Source: Isurus oxyrinchus (taxonomy: Eukaryota). From it: 64,000 nt of DNA. The notes under the pieces were generated by a model that made no database searches, was not told the origin of the DNA, and saw nothing but the letters and a program-made list of their open reading frames with translations. The DNA is taken from positions 3,658,001 to 3,722,000 of the forward strand of contig JANJGN010000034.1 of NCBI GenBank assembly GCA_026770705.1, given 5' to 3'. Position 1 is the stretch's first letter; every line of letters starts with the position of its first letter. This document shows positions 1 to 14,300 of this stretch, piece after piece. The translations under genes were made by a program, and so were the position numbers.

Positions 1-303
1 TGGTCAAACGTCTCTAGTGCAATAAACATAGTGGATGAAATGTTGCAGGTTAACTGTAAGAATTGATCTGTGGGAAGATCGAAAACAGAGCATGAATCTC
101 TAAAACATGGCTACGTCATTAACAGGGTTGAAGAGTAAACATTGCAGGATGTACCAGAATTGATAATAACAGAGCAAGACAGAAGGTGTCCTTACCCTAA
201 TAAAATAACAGCATTATTTAAAAAAAATGCAACATCATTACAAAAATAAACTTCATATACAGGGTGCCAAAATATAATTAAAGATGATTCTTATTACAAA
301 GTG

Positions 304-2232
304 ATATAAACAAAAAAACTGCAGATGCTGGAAATCCAAAACAAAAAACAGAATTTCCTGGAAAAACTCAGCAGGTCTGGCAGTGTCGGCGGAGAAGAAG
401 CATTGACATTTCGAGTCCTCATGACAGTTCAACAGAACTGAGTGAATCTTAGGAGAGGGGTGAAATATAAACTGGTTTAAGGTGGGATGGGGGGTTTGGG
501 TGGGGGGAGAGAAGTGGGGGCGGGGTGTGGTTGTAGGGGCAAGCAAGCCATGATAGGAGCAGATAATCAAAAGATGTCACAGACAAAAGAACAAAAGAAC
601 ACAGAGGCGTTGAAGGTGGTTAATTATCTAAACGAACATGCTAATTAAGAATAGATGTTACGGCACCCAAGCTACAGCTCTAGTGGGGATGGGTGGGCAT
701 AAAAGATTTAAAAATAATGGAATTTGGAGGGAAAAGAAAAATCTATATAAATTATTTGAAAAACACAAAAGGAACGGGGTAGAAAGAGAAAGGGGGTGGG
801 GATGGAGGAGTAGTGTTCAAGGTCTAAAGTTGTTGATTTCAATATTCCGTCCAGAAGACTGTAAAGTTCCTAGTCCGAGGATGAGTTGCTGTTCCTCCAG
901 TTTGCGTTGGGCATCACTGGAACAATGCAGCAAGCTAAGGACAGTCTTGTGGGCAAGAGAGCAGGGTGGAGTGTTAAAATGGCAAGCAACAGGGAGGTTT
1001 GGGTCATTCTTGCGGACAGACCGCAGGTGTTCTTCAAAGTGGTCATCCACTTTACGTTTGGTCTTTCCGATACAGAGGAGACCGCATTAGGAGCAACAAA
1101 TGCAGTAGACTAAGTTGGTGTAAATGCAAGTGAAATGCTGTTTCATTTCAAAGGAGTGTTTGGGCCCTTGCACTGAGTAGAGAGCAGATGAAGGGACAGG
1201 AGTTGTATCTTTTGCGTGGGCATGGGGAGATGCCTTAGGCAGTGGTTGAGGAGTAGTTGGTGATGGAGGAGTGGATCAGGGTGCCCCGGAGGAAACAATC
1301 CATACGGAATGCCGCCGGGGCGTGTGAGGGGAAGATATGTTTGGTGGTGGTATCATGCTGGAGTTGGCGTAAATGGCGGAGGATGCTCCTTTGAAAGCGG
1401 AGGCTGATGGGCTGATAAGTGAGGACAAGGGGGACCCTATCAATTTTCTGGTAGGGAGGGGAATGGGTGAGGGTGGATGCATGGGAGATGGGCCGAAAAC
1501 GGTTGAAGGCCCGGTCAATGGCCATGGGTGGAAAAACTCGGTTTAGGAAGAAGGAGGACATGTCAGACGAAGTCTTTTTGAAGGTAGCTTCAACAGAACA
1601 GATGCGAAGGTACTGAGAGAATGAGACGGAGTCCTTACAGGAAACGGGGTCTGTGGAGCTGTAGTCGAGGTAGCTGTGGGAGTCGTTAGTCTTGCAATGG
1701 ATATTGGTGGACAGTTAATCAACAGAGATTGAGACAGAGAGGTCAAGGAAGGGAAGGGAAGTGTCAGAGATTGTTCATGTGAAAATAATAGAGGGGTGGT
1801 GACTGGATGCAAAATTAATACATTTTTCCAAGTCCCGACGAGAGAATGAAACAGCACAGAAGTTACCATTGATGTTTCGGAGAAAGAGTTGTGGAAGGGT
1901 GCTGGATTAGCACTGGAACAAGGAGTGTTCCACATACTGCATATAGAGACAGTAATAGCTGGGGCCCATGCGGGTACACATAGCCACACCTTTTATATTG
2001 AGGAACTGAGAGGATTTGTAAGAGAAATTGTTCAGTGTGAGGACAGGTTCAGCCAGACGGAGGAGAGTAGTGATGGATGGGGATTGTACCGACCCCTGTT
2101 CGAGGAAGAAGCTAAGGGCACTGACACCATCGTGGTTGGGGACGGATGTGTAGAGGGATTGGACGTCCATTGTGAAGACGAAGCAGTTGGGGCCAGGGAA
2201 CCGGAAATTGTTGACGTGACTTAATGTGTCTG
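304..2232 (-). mobile_element. Penelope-like retroelement (RT + GIY-YIG), 5'-truncated, frameshifted
   Basis: RT motifs FTMDVQSLYTS and KGVAMCTRMGPSY (ORF 1907-2257); GIY-YIG C-terminus EHLRSVRKNDPNLPVACHFN (817-1050); 10-bp TSD ttacaaagtg at 294-303 and 2233-2242; near-identical to the copy at 39461-41054. Confidence 0.93.
401..439 (-). ncRNA. Degenerate minimal hammerhead ribozyme motif in Penelope terminus
   Basis: Minus strand agtt-CTGTTGA-a-ctgtc-atgag-gactc-GAAA-tgTC; stem II and the ACGT palindrome are damaged relative to the copy at 39561-39599. Confidence 0.5.
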
Positions 2233-2859
2233 TTACAAAGTGTCGTGATGTGATCAACTAATAGCCTGGAAGGTTCAAAAGGCAATATCCATATAAATTA
2301 AGGAACTTAGAAAAAAATAAACAACATGATAATCTTGTGGGATTTTAGCAAACTTATACTAATTGTTCAGAATAAAATAGAGCACATGGATTAGGATGTA
2401 ATATGTCTAATATATACACAGTGATCCCATATAATCAAATATGAAATGTAAAATTGCCACTCAAGGTTTGAACAGATTTACAAATGAGGAATGGAACAAA
2501 ATAAATTTGATAAATAAGACGACAGGACCGCACAGGTAACAAGGGTCATACTACAACTTAAGTGGATATGATAAGGGAGGCAGAAATAAGTATCAGAAAC
2601 GCTAATCTACTGTCAAAAAACTAAAATTTGATAGCTGAAATTACAACTTGGGGAAAGAATAACAATGGCAAAATTATTGACAACAACAGTGCAGAACCAC
2701 AAGATCTCCTGACTTGGAACACAACGCGCTAGCTATATTCTTCCTTAGCCCAAATAAAGAAACACATTCTATCAGAGGCCAAGTGTCCCTGCAAGTAATG
2801 TACAGAAGCGGCAAGAAAAGACGATGGAGCACAACTTTTTCAAGGTCAAGTATGAATGG

Positions 2860-4677
2860 GGAATTGATGTATCTGTCCATTTCTCATCCCAGTTGCCCTT
2901 TAGAAGGTGGTGAGCAGCTGCAGTCTTGAACATACGTACGTACAACCAGAGTGCTGTTAAGAATGGAGTTTCAGGATTTTTTACCATCGACAGTGAAGGA
3001 ATTGTGATACAATTCCAAGCCGTGTCGGCATGTGGCTTGGAGGGGAATTTGTTGGCTGCTTCTATTCATCTGCTGTCCTTGCCATTCTAGGTGGTAAAGG
3101 TCCCGTGTTTGAAAGGTACTGTTTGCGGAGACATTGTGATTTTGTTCAGCTCATCAGAGATATGTTACAAAGTGCTACCACTGTCTGGTCATGGTGGAGG
3201 GAGTGAATCTTTGCGGATCGGGTGTAAATCAACTGCACTGCTTTGTCTTGATGGCTTCGAGAACCTTAAACGCTTTTAGGGCAGCACTCATGCAGGCAAG
3301 TCGAGGACATTTCATCAGACTACTGACATTTAATTTGTAGATGGCGGGCAGGCTTTGGGGAGTCACGAGGTGAGCTACCCATTTCAGAGTTCCTGGCCGC
3401 TGACCTGTCTGCCAATGCAGGCACGTTATTTATGTAGCTAATACAGTTCAGTTTCTGGTCAACGGTATGACCTAGGATGTTGACAATAGGGAATTGAGCG
3501 CTTTCACCAGCATTAAATGTCAAGGGGCGATGGTTGGATTATCTGACTTTGAAGATGTTCATTGCCTAGCAATTGCATAGTGTGAATGTTATTTTCCACT
3601 TCTCAGCCCAATCTTAGATGTTGCCCAGGTCTTGCTGCATTTGAACATGGACTGCTACAGTATCAGAGGATTCGCAAATTGTGTGGAACATTGTGCATTC
3701 ATCAGCAAACTATCATGGACAGATGCGTCAGCGGATTCAGGGATTTTGTTGAGGCTGTGGTCAAGACTGGTGTTTTCACGTCTTGTTTCTCCTCTTATCA
3801 TTTGCCGCAGACAGAGTCTAGCAGCTATGGCAAATTGGACTCGGCTTGTTCAGTCTGTAATTGCATTGCCGAGCGAAACTTGGTGACGGGCATTCAAGTC
3901 TCTGGCCCAGAGTATGTTCTTCGCCCCTGTTGCTCTAAGTGCTTCGTGTAAGTGGTGTTCAAGTGAAAGAATATGTATTCATTAGCTGAGGCGTGCTGTA
4001 CGATATCATCAGGCTGGAGTTTCGTTGCCATTGTTTGACATTAGATCATGAGACGACAGGGGGCCCGGGATCGATGTTCTGACAACTCCATCCTGACTGT
4101 ATACCAATTTTACGCCAATTCTGCTGGATCTATCTTGCCATTGGGTCAGGAAATACCAAGGGATGATGATGATCATGTCTGGTACGTTACCTATAACTCA
4201 TGATTCGGTGAGCATAAATTCGTCAGGCTGCTGCTTGACTAGTCTTGCAGTCGGCTCTCTCAAATTTGGCACAGGTACCGACATGTTAGTGAGGAGGACT
4301 TTGCACCATCGAAAGGGTTGCATTTTTGTTTATCGTTTCCGGTGCCTAGGTTGGGCAAGCCATTTTTATTCCTTATTTTCTTTCTAGGTTAGGTATAATC
4401 GAGTGCTTGCTAGGACACTTCAGAGTCAAACACATTGCTATGGGACAGCAGTCACTTGCCAGACGATCTAGGGAAAGGCAGCATCAGCCAGCATTCAGGC
4501 CATTAATGAGCAAAATTGTTGTTTATGTCAGTTAATAACTGGTGCTCACGGGGCGTATAATTCCAGAATATTTTACTGATTGAATTCAAATTCCACTGTG
4601 GGTGGGAGTGAAACCCAAAGCATAACGCTGGGTCTCCGGATTGCTCATCTGGTGACAGCACCATTACGCCACCGACT
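2860..4677 (-). mobile_element. Decayed, internally deleted CR1-group (Zenon-like) LINE with SINE-like tRNA-derived 5' end
   Basis: 3' tail near 2860-2930; RT remnants (NILGHTVDQKLNC in ORF 3320-3523; FADE-like motif near 3690-3710); APE remnants about 3850-4310; A-box TGGCGTAATGG near 4660-4672 on minus. Confidence 0.75.
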
Positions 4678-5298
4678 CTACTTATCTCATCAGCCAAGTG
4701 TTGCTTAATAAGGCCCTTTTCTGATTAAGCTGGCTTTTCACTGTCCTAATTTCTGTCTTGCATGCTTAGCGCTTTTTTTAAATGTCTCTGTGCAAATTGT
4801 TGAAACTGCAATTAGTTATGAAGTATCCACCGTCCTTGTCTCTTAATAAGTTGATGCAGATTAAATGAAAATGAAATCATGAACAATATTAAATCATGTA
4901 ATAACCCCACTATTGTATATTCCATGGATTAATAAATATTATCGGGTTTCACTGGCTCAAAAACATAAATAACTAAATATGCGCAATGACTGTTGTTGCG
5001 AAACAATGAATGCCCAGAATTGCTAGATGGTTGCCAAAACATTGGAATCTTGGAACTACGTCCGGATCCTACAGCCAGTTTTATTTGGGCAAACTGGATA
5101 ATGAAGCTAAATGAAAGATGAGGGATGAAAAACATGACAATTCTGATGCCCGTTATAATTTCATGATTAGAACCATGTTTCTTTTACACAATTGTTCAAT
5201 GCCATTTCATGTTAATTATTCAGCTAAAACTTCAAAAAACGACAGGCAATCGCAAGTGATTCTGTTTTTGGAACCAAAGTAAGCATATTTGTTCTCAC

Positions 5299-5334
5299 CA
5301 AAACCTTGGCTAGTGGAAATGCAGTCAGCCAACT
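5299..5334 (-). CDS. 36-nt microexon, (E)LADCISTSQGF
   Basis: tttgtttacatacag|agttggctgactgcatttccactagccaaggttttg|gtgaga. Confidence 0.75.
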
Positions 5335-8300
5335 CTGTATGTAAACAAAACAAAGAGTTCAGGCCGTGCATAAGTAATATTGCTGTAAGTGACGTCTTCC
5401 ATATTTTGGGGAAGTGAACCTGCCCTGTCAATGAACTTTAGTCCAAAATCCTGCCTTGTTAACAGTGATGATTGCCAACCCTTCCATAATTGCGTGAGCA
5501 ATGCCAGGAAATGAGGTTTTATTTCATAAGGTACAGTTGCCAGTAAATCCCTGAGATATAATTTGGGTTAAGTGCATTTTCATAATAAATTTTGCCAACA
5601 CATGCTTATTCGTTGTGTAACGATCACCAATTCAACAATAAATATGTATGAATGAAATAAAACATCATTGAATTGACGGCATTAGCATTAGATACCGAAA
5701 AGGATATATCCAAGCAAACGTATTGCTGATTCTGTCGAAGATGTTGCTTTGGCATAAATTAGAGATCGACGCTAAATTGCCTATTTTCTAAAAGAAAATG
5801 CTGTTTTATTCCCTCCAGCTTGAAAACAATCAGTAATCACCTGTTTCCTTTGATTTTAACTTTTCTTCTGTGAAGTGAAAGGTTTTCATCTCAATATATT
5901 ATTTGAATATATAACACATGTTACATCTTTCGCATGGAATTAGCATGTGATGTAACGTTGCACCATGAAACGCCGCGTATAATCGTGCCCTTTCCTTAAT
6001 AATAGTCACTTTGGAAACGTAGGAACATGAGAAAAACGCGTTCATCAAGATCTTGTTCTGTTACCAACTCATACAGACCAAATAATTTGAACTTAGGAAG
6101 GGCGAATAAACCCATTTAAGAGGTTAAAAACTAAACATAAAGACAACGGATAATCTCAGATATTAAGGGATGTTCATGGACAGGGGTTTGTCAGATGAAA
6201 GCAGACCACTACGCTGGGAGATGGGACTCCTGCAATTTGAACTTCAATAGTAGTAGGGAAAAAAAAACTATCATAGATGAAGATGCACTTGGATGAATTT
6301 GAGAACAAGGGCATGAAAACAAATACTGTTTTATTGGAACTGCAGAGAATGAAGGCTAGTACGAAAACAGTTGAATGGCAAAAGTGACTATGCATAAGTC
6401 AGGTGTATGATGAGCTCCAATAACGAAAAATGAAGTACAATAATAGCATAAGAAATAGGAGCTAGAGTGGACAACACAACCTGCGGAGCATGGCTGATCC
6501 TGCTATTCAACGCCAATCTCCCAACGGCCCCTCATACCCATTAATACTCTGAAAGAGGAAGACAATGTCAACCTCAACTTTAAATTGGTCAAATGAGAAA
6601 GCCTCCCCAACGCTTTGGAGTGCAGTATTCCAAAGACACATAAGCCTCCGAGTGAGTTTTGTTCCTCATGTCAGTTGAAAGTGACCTAGCCATCGTCCAG
6701 AAAAAATGCTCTCTGTTGCAGATTCCCCAATCAGGGGAAACATTTTTTTCCATGCCAACCGTTTTAGAACACGTAAGACAGTTGGTTGTTTCAATAAGAT
6801 CACGCCATATTTTTGTAAGCTCCAGAAAATATCGACCAACACTACACAGCTTCTCCTCATGCGAAAATGCTCTCCTCCCAGAGACCCATCCAGTAATACA
6901 TCACTGTAATGCTTCAAGCTCCAGCACACACTTATTTGCTTAAAACAAAATGGCCCACCGAGTTACCTCAACATTACCCACATTACACTCAATCTGTCAT
7001 GCAATTAACCTGTAGATATGGCTTTTTGAGAATACTTTTATGATAACCAAACTTGCCTCGTTTAGAAGCACTGAGATAGGGAACTTCAATTCTTAAAACG
7101 TCATGGAGCTTTTACGTATGTTCAGACCGGAAACGGCTGCACATATGCTGTGCGGCAATTTTACTTATTTTTAAGTACAGTAGTGTTGTGCATAAGGAGA
7201 TAACGTGAAAACGCGGATCAGGTAAATGACAACCAAGCATAGTTTGAGGAAGAGTCCCAGGGAAGGGCATGAACTGGTTCCAAAGGTTTTGGGACAGGGA
7301 GAGGTCCGAAAATAAAAGTTCCAAAGAGGGGACAGGGACAGAACGAGGCCCACTGTTCAGTTGAAAAGGAGGCAGAAACATGAAGTTTGCAAACAGGAAA
7401 GGATTGTGGATAGGAGGCTTTAAGTGTCGTAGGCTCAGGGGAAACACTGAAGTCAGAAGAATGCAGCCGAAATATGTTTATGGGGGTCTTTTATTGGCAA
7501 AGGTGCGCCTTTGGAGCAGCAGCTTTCTGCTAAGCTTTGCCTCAGATTTAAAAGTGTGCTTGTGAGTTAAACTTTGATTGTATATTTCGGAGGCCAGGGC
7601 AGCATAATCTTGGGATACGAGATTGAAATCCTACCAGTTTGGCCGATAATGTTGACTTTCAAATTGGAGTTACTTCTGGAAATATTTCCATGGATTAAGG
7701 TATTCGATTAGTTAAGACTGGTAAGTTATTGAGTAAGTAATTGAGACAGAGTTTCAGTGAGTTTCGTTGACTCATGGTGTCACTGCTTTCTCTATGGTCG
7801 ATTAATAAATCCAAGGCCTCTTCTCGCATCTCTCATTTATTGCAAAATGTGCTGTGTGCAACAATGATTAGCTTGTTAATTCACGTGTACCTTATACTTA
7901 CTTTGAATTTTGGTGTACAAGATATATATTGTAATTTAATTTTATCATTCTCACTTTGAAAGAAAGATTTTTTTTGTTGCTTAAACCGCATGGAATATTG
8001 TAGCATTTTCCCCACTGAGCAAGTGTCCTGAATCCCAAACCTTGTCCACTTTAAGAAAAAAAGAACGTTATTTATCCCTCATCTGAAGTTCCAGCAAGTT
8101 CATGTTATGACATTGTATCATGACAAAATATATTGTAAATAGTTTTAGCTCTAGTACTGATTGCTTGTGGATTTCACGAATAATAGTGTCAGCTGTGAAT
8201 TATTTCATTTATTCTTAAATCCTGTTTCATGTCCATTTACCAGTTCTCTGGCCATGCTAATGTATCACCCGCAGCCTTATGAGTCTTTTGCGCAGCACCT

Positions 8301-11300
8301 TGTCCAGTGCATTTTGCATATCCAAGCATCCTCATTCCACGGATTACCCTTTATCTACCCTATGAGAAAATGTTCCAAAACAAATAATCAATTAAAAAAA
8401 CACAATTTACTTGTTGTAAAATTATGTTGACTTGACTAACTGTACTATCTTTTCCCCTAATATGTTGCATGGATTTTTGGAACATGGATTCTACAACATG
8501 ACAGATGGCTTAAGTGAGCCTCAACGGTCTGTTGTTCCCTGTCTTCTCGTTGCTTCCTTTCTTGAATAAGATTGACAAGTTTGCTAACCTCCAAACTGCG
8601 AAGGCTGCTCTAGCATCTTTGGAACTTTGGAAATTATTGGCAGTGTATTTGCTTTCTTGGTACATTTATTTTATTAGAACCCTAAAACATAGGCTATCGG
8701 ATTCTGTGGAATCAACATAATTGGATTGCTTGAGTTTTCCCAGTGCTCTTTCTCTGCTGACATTTATTCTGTTACTTAGCTCGTACTAGTTAACTCTTTA
8801 TAACCTCTTTATTCTGGTATTCAACTCATATCTTTTGCTGAGACAGGCACAAAAGAAGTTTCTAAATGTATCGGACGTTTCCTCTTTCTCCATTATAATT
8901 TATCCAGTGTCTCGTTCTGAGGGACCGACTTTTTTGGTTGCATTTTGTGAGCTTCTGAAATGAAAGCCGCTTCATATAATCTGCAATTAATATCACCCTC
9001 CTTATTATATTAGGGATGGATTCTTCTTGCTGAGTTTTTTTTTCTCCGTATGTGTTTCTGTTGATCATTTTGAATTAACTATTTAAATATTTGCTAACTG
9101 CATGTACCGTGACACCCTTTAGACTATTAACCTAATCAATCTTAAAAAAAAAATCCTCTCACTTCTTACTTTTATTAATGGATGTGCTTAACTTTTAGAT
9201 TCTTGTTTAAGATTGCAGTACTTTGCTTTAAAAGTTATTGTGGAATTCAATGACGTTATGATAACTATATTCCCATGGGTCTTAAGGTATGACGTTACTA
9301 ATAAACCTTGCATCATTGCATGATACTCGATCTAAACTAGATTTATACCCTGTTTCTTCCATAACATACTGCTCCAGATAATTATCATGAAAACATTGTT
9401 CAAATTAATCTTTCACGCCACCATGTTGATTGGTCCAATCTATATGAAGATTAATGTCCGCCAAAGCCATTACATTGCATTTGCTACACTCTGAAATTAC
9501 TTCTCACTTAATTCTCTGCTACGTGTAAAAGCTATTTGTTGGCCCTATAAAGCAACACTTGTTCTGATACCCGTTATATATAACTCGATCAATAATGATT
9601 CTACATCATGAATTTCTGAGGCAAGATAATTTTCATTAATTTTATTAAGTCATTCTCTATCATAAAGTTTAGTGGTCCTATTTTTCCACTCTACCAGTCA
9701 TTTCAAAAGAATATACCCTACCTTAGTCACTTTTAACCAAGCCACACTAATAATGATGAGAACAAAACGCCTGTCTCTATTAATGCCACTATTTGACTTA
9801 TCGTACTGCAGATGATCTGCTCATTTAGAAATTGTGATTTTCTTTTCGTTATTTCCTGAATGGGCCGGACTCCAGGACGACTTGATGCGGTTAAAGCAAC
9901 TGCCACAGAGAGCACATTTAACTTGTCTGTCCATTTGGATATACATTTCTATGGCCTCAAGACTTACCTTTAGATGGTACAATCTCCCTGTCCCGAACAC
10001 TCTGCCCCCGCCACACCCTCCGCCCTGCCACCCGTCCCCACCCCACCTCAACGCACTCCGTAATTAAGAAAAACATTTCTGCTACTTAGCAAATATTAAT
10101 GCTTTACACGAGTATTCACGTTCTTTCCATTTCTGTCACACTCCAGGTTTTATGATCCACACTGTAAATTTCACTATTGACACGTGATTAACAATAACTT
10201 GCTCACTGACGATCAGGCTGGGTTACGCAAAGCTCACACAGATTGGGACCTCATTACAACGTTTTTTCAAAAATGGACAAAAGAGCCGAAGTGAAGAGGT
10301 GAGGGGAGAGTAATTGCTCGTGACTTCAGGGGTGCAATTCCCCGAATATGGCATAAAGCAGCCAAAGCCTCACAGGGGCCAAAAGGAATCAGGGGAGAAT
10401 CAGTCCACTAGCTGGAATCACAACTAGCACAAAGGAAAGTAGTTTCGGTGGTTGGAGGTCAATCATGTCCCTTCGAAGACGTCAGTGCAGGAGCTCCTCA
10501 GGGTAGTGTCCATGACCGAATCATCTTCAGCTGCTGCATGTAAGATGGTCCTTCCATATCTTCTCACTTTCTAACACAAAATAATCACATTGGCTGTAAA
10601 AAACTCAAGCAATGTTTCTTTGACATCACCTCCCAATTCCAAGACCTCTACCTCCTAGGAAGACACAGGGAGCACTGCCGCCGTCATGCTCCTTCCCAAG
10701 TCACACACCATCCAGACATGAGATTCTTTTTCCGATCCGTCACTGTCGGTGGTCAATTTCCTGGATCTCACTTCTTGCAGCACTGTAGGTTTTTCTACAT
10801 TGCTCGGACTGCAGCGGTCCAAGATGGAGGCTCGCCCGCACCTTCTGATGATCAATTACATATGGGCAATATATACCGACTTAGCCTGAAACATCAATAC
10901 ATATGAGGAAACAATTATTTTTTTCTTTCTGCAGGAATACTCATGAAGGCTATCTGGCTGCTTTATAGACTAAACAAAGATTGGTAGCTTTGGACGAAAC
11001 ACCACAAGTAAAATATCAAATAGGCTGCAAAATGTCTCCCCACATAATTTGTTTCTCCCTGCTTCTGTGGAACAAGTGAATGGAAAACTAAGTTGATACT
11101 TTTGAAAAATGACTCTGTCCCCTAAAGACACGAGTGATGCCAAGCTTGCTCTTCACTTCATTGGATAGGAACACCGCCTGCAATTTCTAACATTTGGAGA
11201 AGGGGGAAGGAAAAATAACAACGTGCATTGATGTGGCGCCTTCTGTTCACGCCAAAAGATCCTGAAACACTTATAAACAATTCATTTCAGGTTCAGTTCT

Positions 11301-14300
11301 CTTCCCGGATTTGCCTTGGGCTGCAAGTCTTGTCAGTTATAAATAATGACACCGAGAGTGGCATTGGGACTAAGGCACGTAAACGTTAAAATTTGTGCAA
11401 ATTTGAAGACGGGACAGTTAGGTGACCAAGCGGATAAATGGATGCAGTATCGTCATATGGGTCGGATTGGGGAATAACAATCGCATAAAATAGACTTCAA
11501 CATCTATATTATTCTGGCCAACATAGCCATAATTTGCTGGTAACGTTATTATATGAAGTGCATATGCAATGGTGTTTTATGTTATTGTGCAGAGATAACG
11601 TTTTCTTTGAACAGTAGAATTGTTTCAACACAGCACAGAACCATCTGTCCCTCCTCGTGCGTGGTAGCTGTCTCTGAGAACAAATAAGTAAGCTTCACTC
11701 CAGTGCCTTGTCCTTCTCGTTCATTATGTGGACTCTTCCTTTATTTATTTTTGAAAACAGCCGCTAATCCTTCTTACAATAGGTTCCTGCAGATGCTAAT
11801 CACTCCCATGGAGAAGCAAAATAACGCTGAGTATTGGCTGCTACTTTGCCAGTCAGCTTCAGTCATTCTTCTCTGGTTCTCCAACGTTCTGTCAAACTGA
11901 TTCTGTTTTGTCCGTGTATTTTGGGAAGTTGCTATGCGATTATGTATAATTATTTTGCATCTCCTCTCAAACGTCCCTTCTACAACAACAAAAAAAAAAT
12001 CACCACCTCCATCAACATTCTCCTATAAGGTCACAATGTTTTCCATGTTTAGTCATGTCCAAAACTTGAAACACAACATTGCTTCCTCCAATTTAAAAAG
12101 AAAATACTCATGTTTTTCATTCCTCAATGCTCCTCATCACCAAGCCAACTTAGTTATGAATGTAAAATTCCTGCAACTGAAAGTAACCGAGCAAAATTTG
12201 CAAAGTGGCATTGATCATTTAGCTGCTTAGAGATCACCTGGAAGACCATGTTAACGTCCGGTGCCTTGAAATCTTCTTCCGCGCATGGAGCCAGGTAAAT
12301 TTGAAAGAAGGCAGCCTGAAGATTAAAGTACCAATGCAAATAAATGACGATCTCAAATGTTGATGACCTTCAGCCCATTTTTTGAAGAGCAGCCTCTTGA
12401 AAAACTGCAAGGATTTTATAGAATATTATCAGCGACCGTCTGATAGTTTATCGGGGATTTAAAACTGACAAGAGCCCAACTACCAGTGAGCTAATTGTAA
12501 ATCGGTATAAGAAGAGTCATGCTATTTGATGAATGTTCATTTTTATTCCAGTAGATGCCACGTGGGCACCTGAATTCGTTAGCCATTAGCAGCATTGTGA
12601 AATAAATTCTTGCACATGGAAAAAAAAAATAATAATGCCTGGAACAAGTTTTGCAACATATTAAGCTTCATAGTCTTCATTGTTAACAAACATACCATGC
12701 CATCGGCTTCGATATACTCCCTATGCTTGACATTGTCGAAGAGCCATTTTAGTGCATACTGATTTGCCTTGTTGTCCAGATGCTTTTCCCTTTTTGGCTA
12801 TTCACTTATATTGCACGTCCTCAGGCTATTCTGGGGGAGCGGGAGTAACGTTATGCGTGTTATTCGACACAGCATGCCTTTTGAATGAATGATTCACAAG
12901 CTCGTCGCCCCCTACCTATGAATTTCCTATACGTTTAGAACGTCAAGTCCACACCAATAAGGCAAATTCATGAACAGGTAATTTGCTTTAGCAATTTGTA
13001 TTCAAGATTCACCATGAAAATGAAAATAACGCTGGCGAATTTCCACAATAATTGAAAGAGACATTTTTGTTCACCTGAAAGAGTAAACTGAGCTTTAGTA
13101 CCTCGGCTTTAATAAAGCACTGCCAATAGGATATCCACCACAGTACTAGTGCAACGGCCCCAATTCTCCAACCGGAGTGTGATAACAATGTTAATCCATA
13201 CACGAGCACAATAAATCTTTTTAATACTTTTTTAGAGTGTCGGCTTCTTTTCTTAATGTACAAAGCGCAAGGAAGCAGACTGGCGTCAAGCACATCAGTG
13301 CAATGCAGAAATTAAGACAAGCAAATTAAGCAATGCTTCTCTGCCATCTTTGGCAGTACTCAGCGAAAAAAAAATATTTCTAATATCTTGTTGCCCCACT
13401 GATATGGAATACCATCCACAAAAATTTAAAAAATAGGGAACATAGAGCATTATGTATAAATGCAGTTTCAAATACATAACACATCGTTTGCACAGTTAAA
13501 AATACCAGAATGCCGCGAAAATGACACAGGAACAGAATATTCTTGATGGGTGTGTGCAGATTTTTAGGTATTCTAGGCAGCTTCCGCTCCCACACCACCC
13601 TCGCCCACACCCCATCCCCACACCCCATCCCCACACCACCACTGGACTTTTATTAGGGCTCAATTTGCTTTACAGATGGTAAACGGGAATACTTATGACT
13701 ATGTCTGCATTCCGTTCAAGACTTCTGGTCCAATTATTCGTTAGTGCTTTTTGTTCTCTGTCAGCTGTTAGCCTTTTATTATAGCTTGATGCTTCGCGCA
13801 ATCACAGAAATAAGTACGCTGTTTGTGATTGACTTGGAAGCATTCAGAAACAAAACTCTATAGGGTTCCAGGCACATTGAAGCTTCTGTTAATCAAACTC
13901 CACTTAATATTTGACAAAAAAATTACACTTATAACAACATTAATTCTAAGTGTTTAAACAGGCGATTTTCATGACACTTACCTATTTTCTTTAAGGTTTT
14001 TTGGCAGTTGGCTAATTCTGGGCAGAAAAAAAGAGGGAAAACATGTTCCTTTGAATTCATTTAGGAGCAACTTTACTAGAGAGTGATAGATTCTTTATGA
14101 ATCTGAATTAGTTGTTTATTCCATCAAGCCCATGCTGGCACTCTTCAGACAAGTAAATCCATAAAGTTTCGGTCCCATATCCCTCCTCCACAAGTACCAA
14201 AGGTTTCCATTGACACATCGATCTCTCCATGAAATTGTTAAAAGTCTCCGCTTCCACCAATATCAACAGCAGTTCCAGCGAGTTCCAGGCCGTTGCCATC

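Noticed and set aside
4740-4860. Possible eroded 36- and 27-type exons downstream of 5299
   Set aside because: Splice sites missing and similarity too weak to judge by eye.
12238-12315. 78-nt AG/GT-bounded minus-strand segment (AAFFQIYLAPCAEEDFKAPDVNMVFQ in phase 0)
   Set aside because: It has a stop in phase 1, so it is incompatible with the array; no recognisable homology; could be chance.
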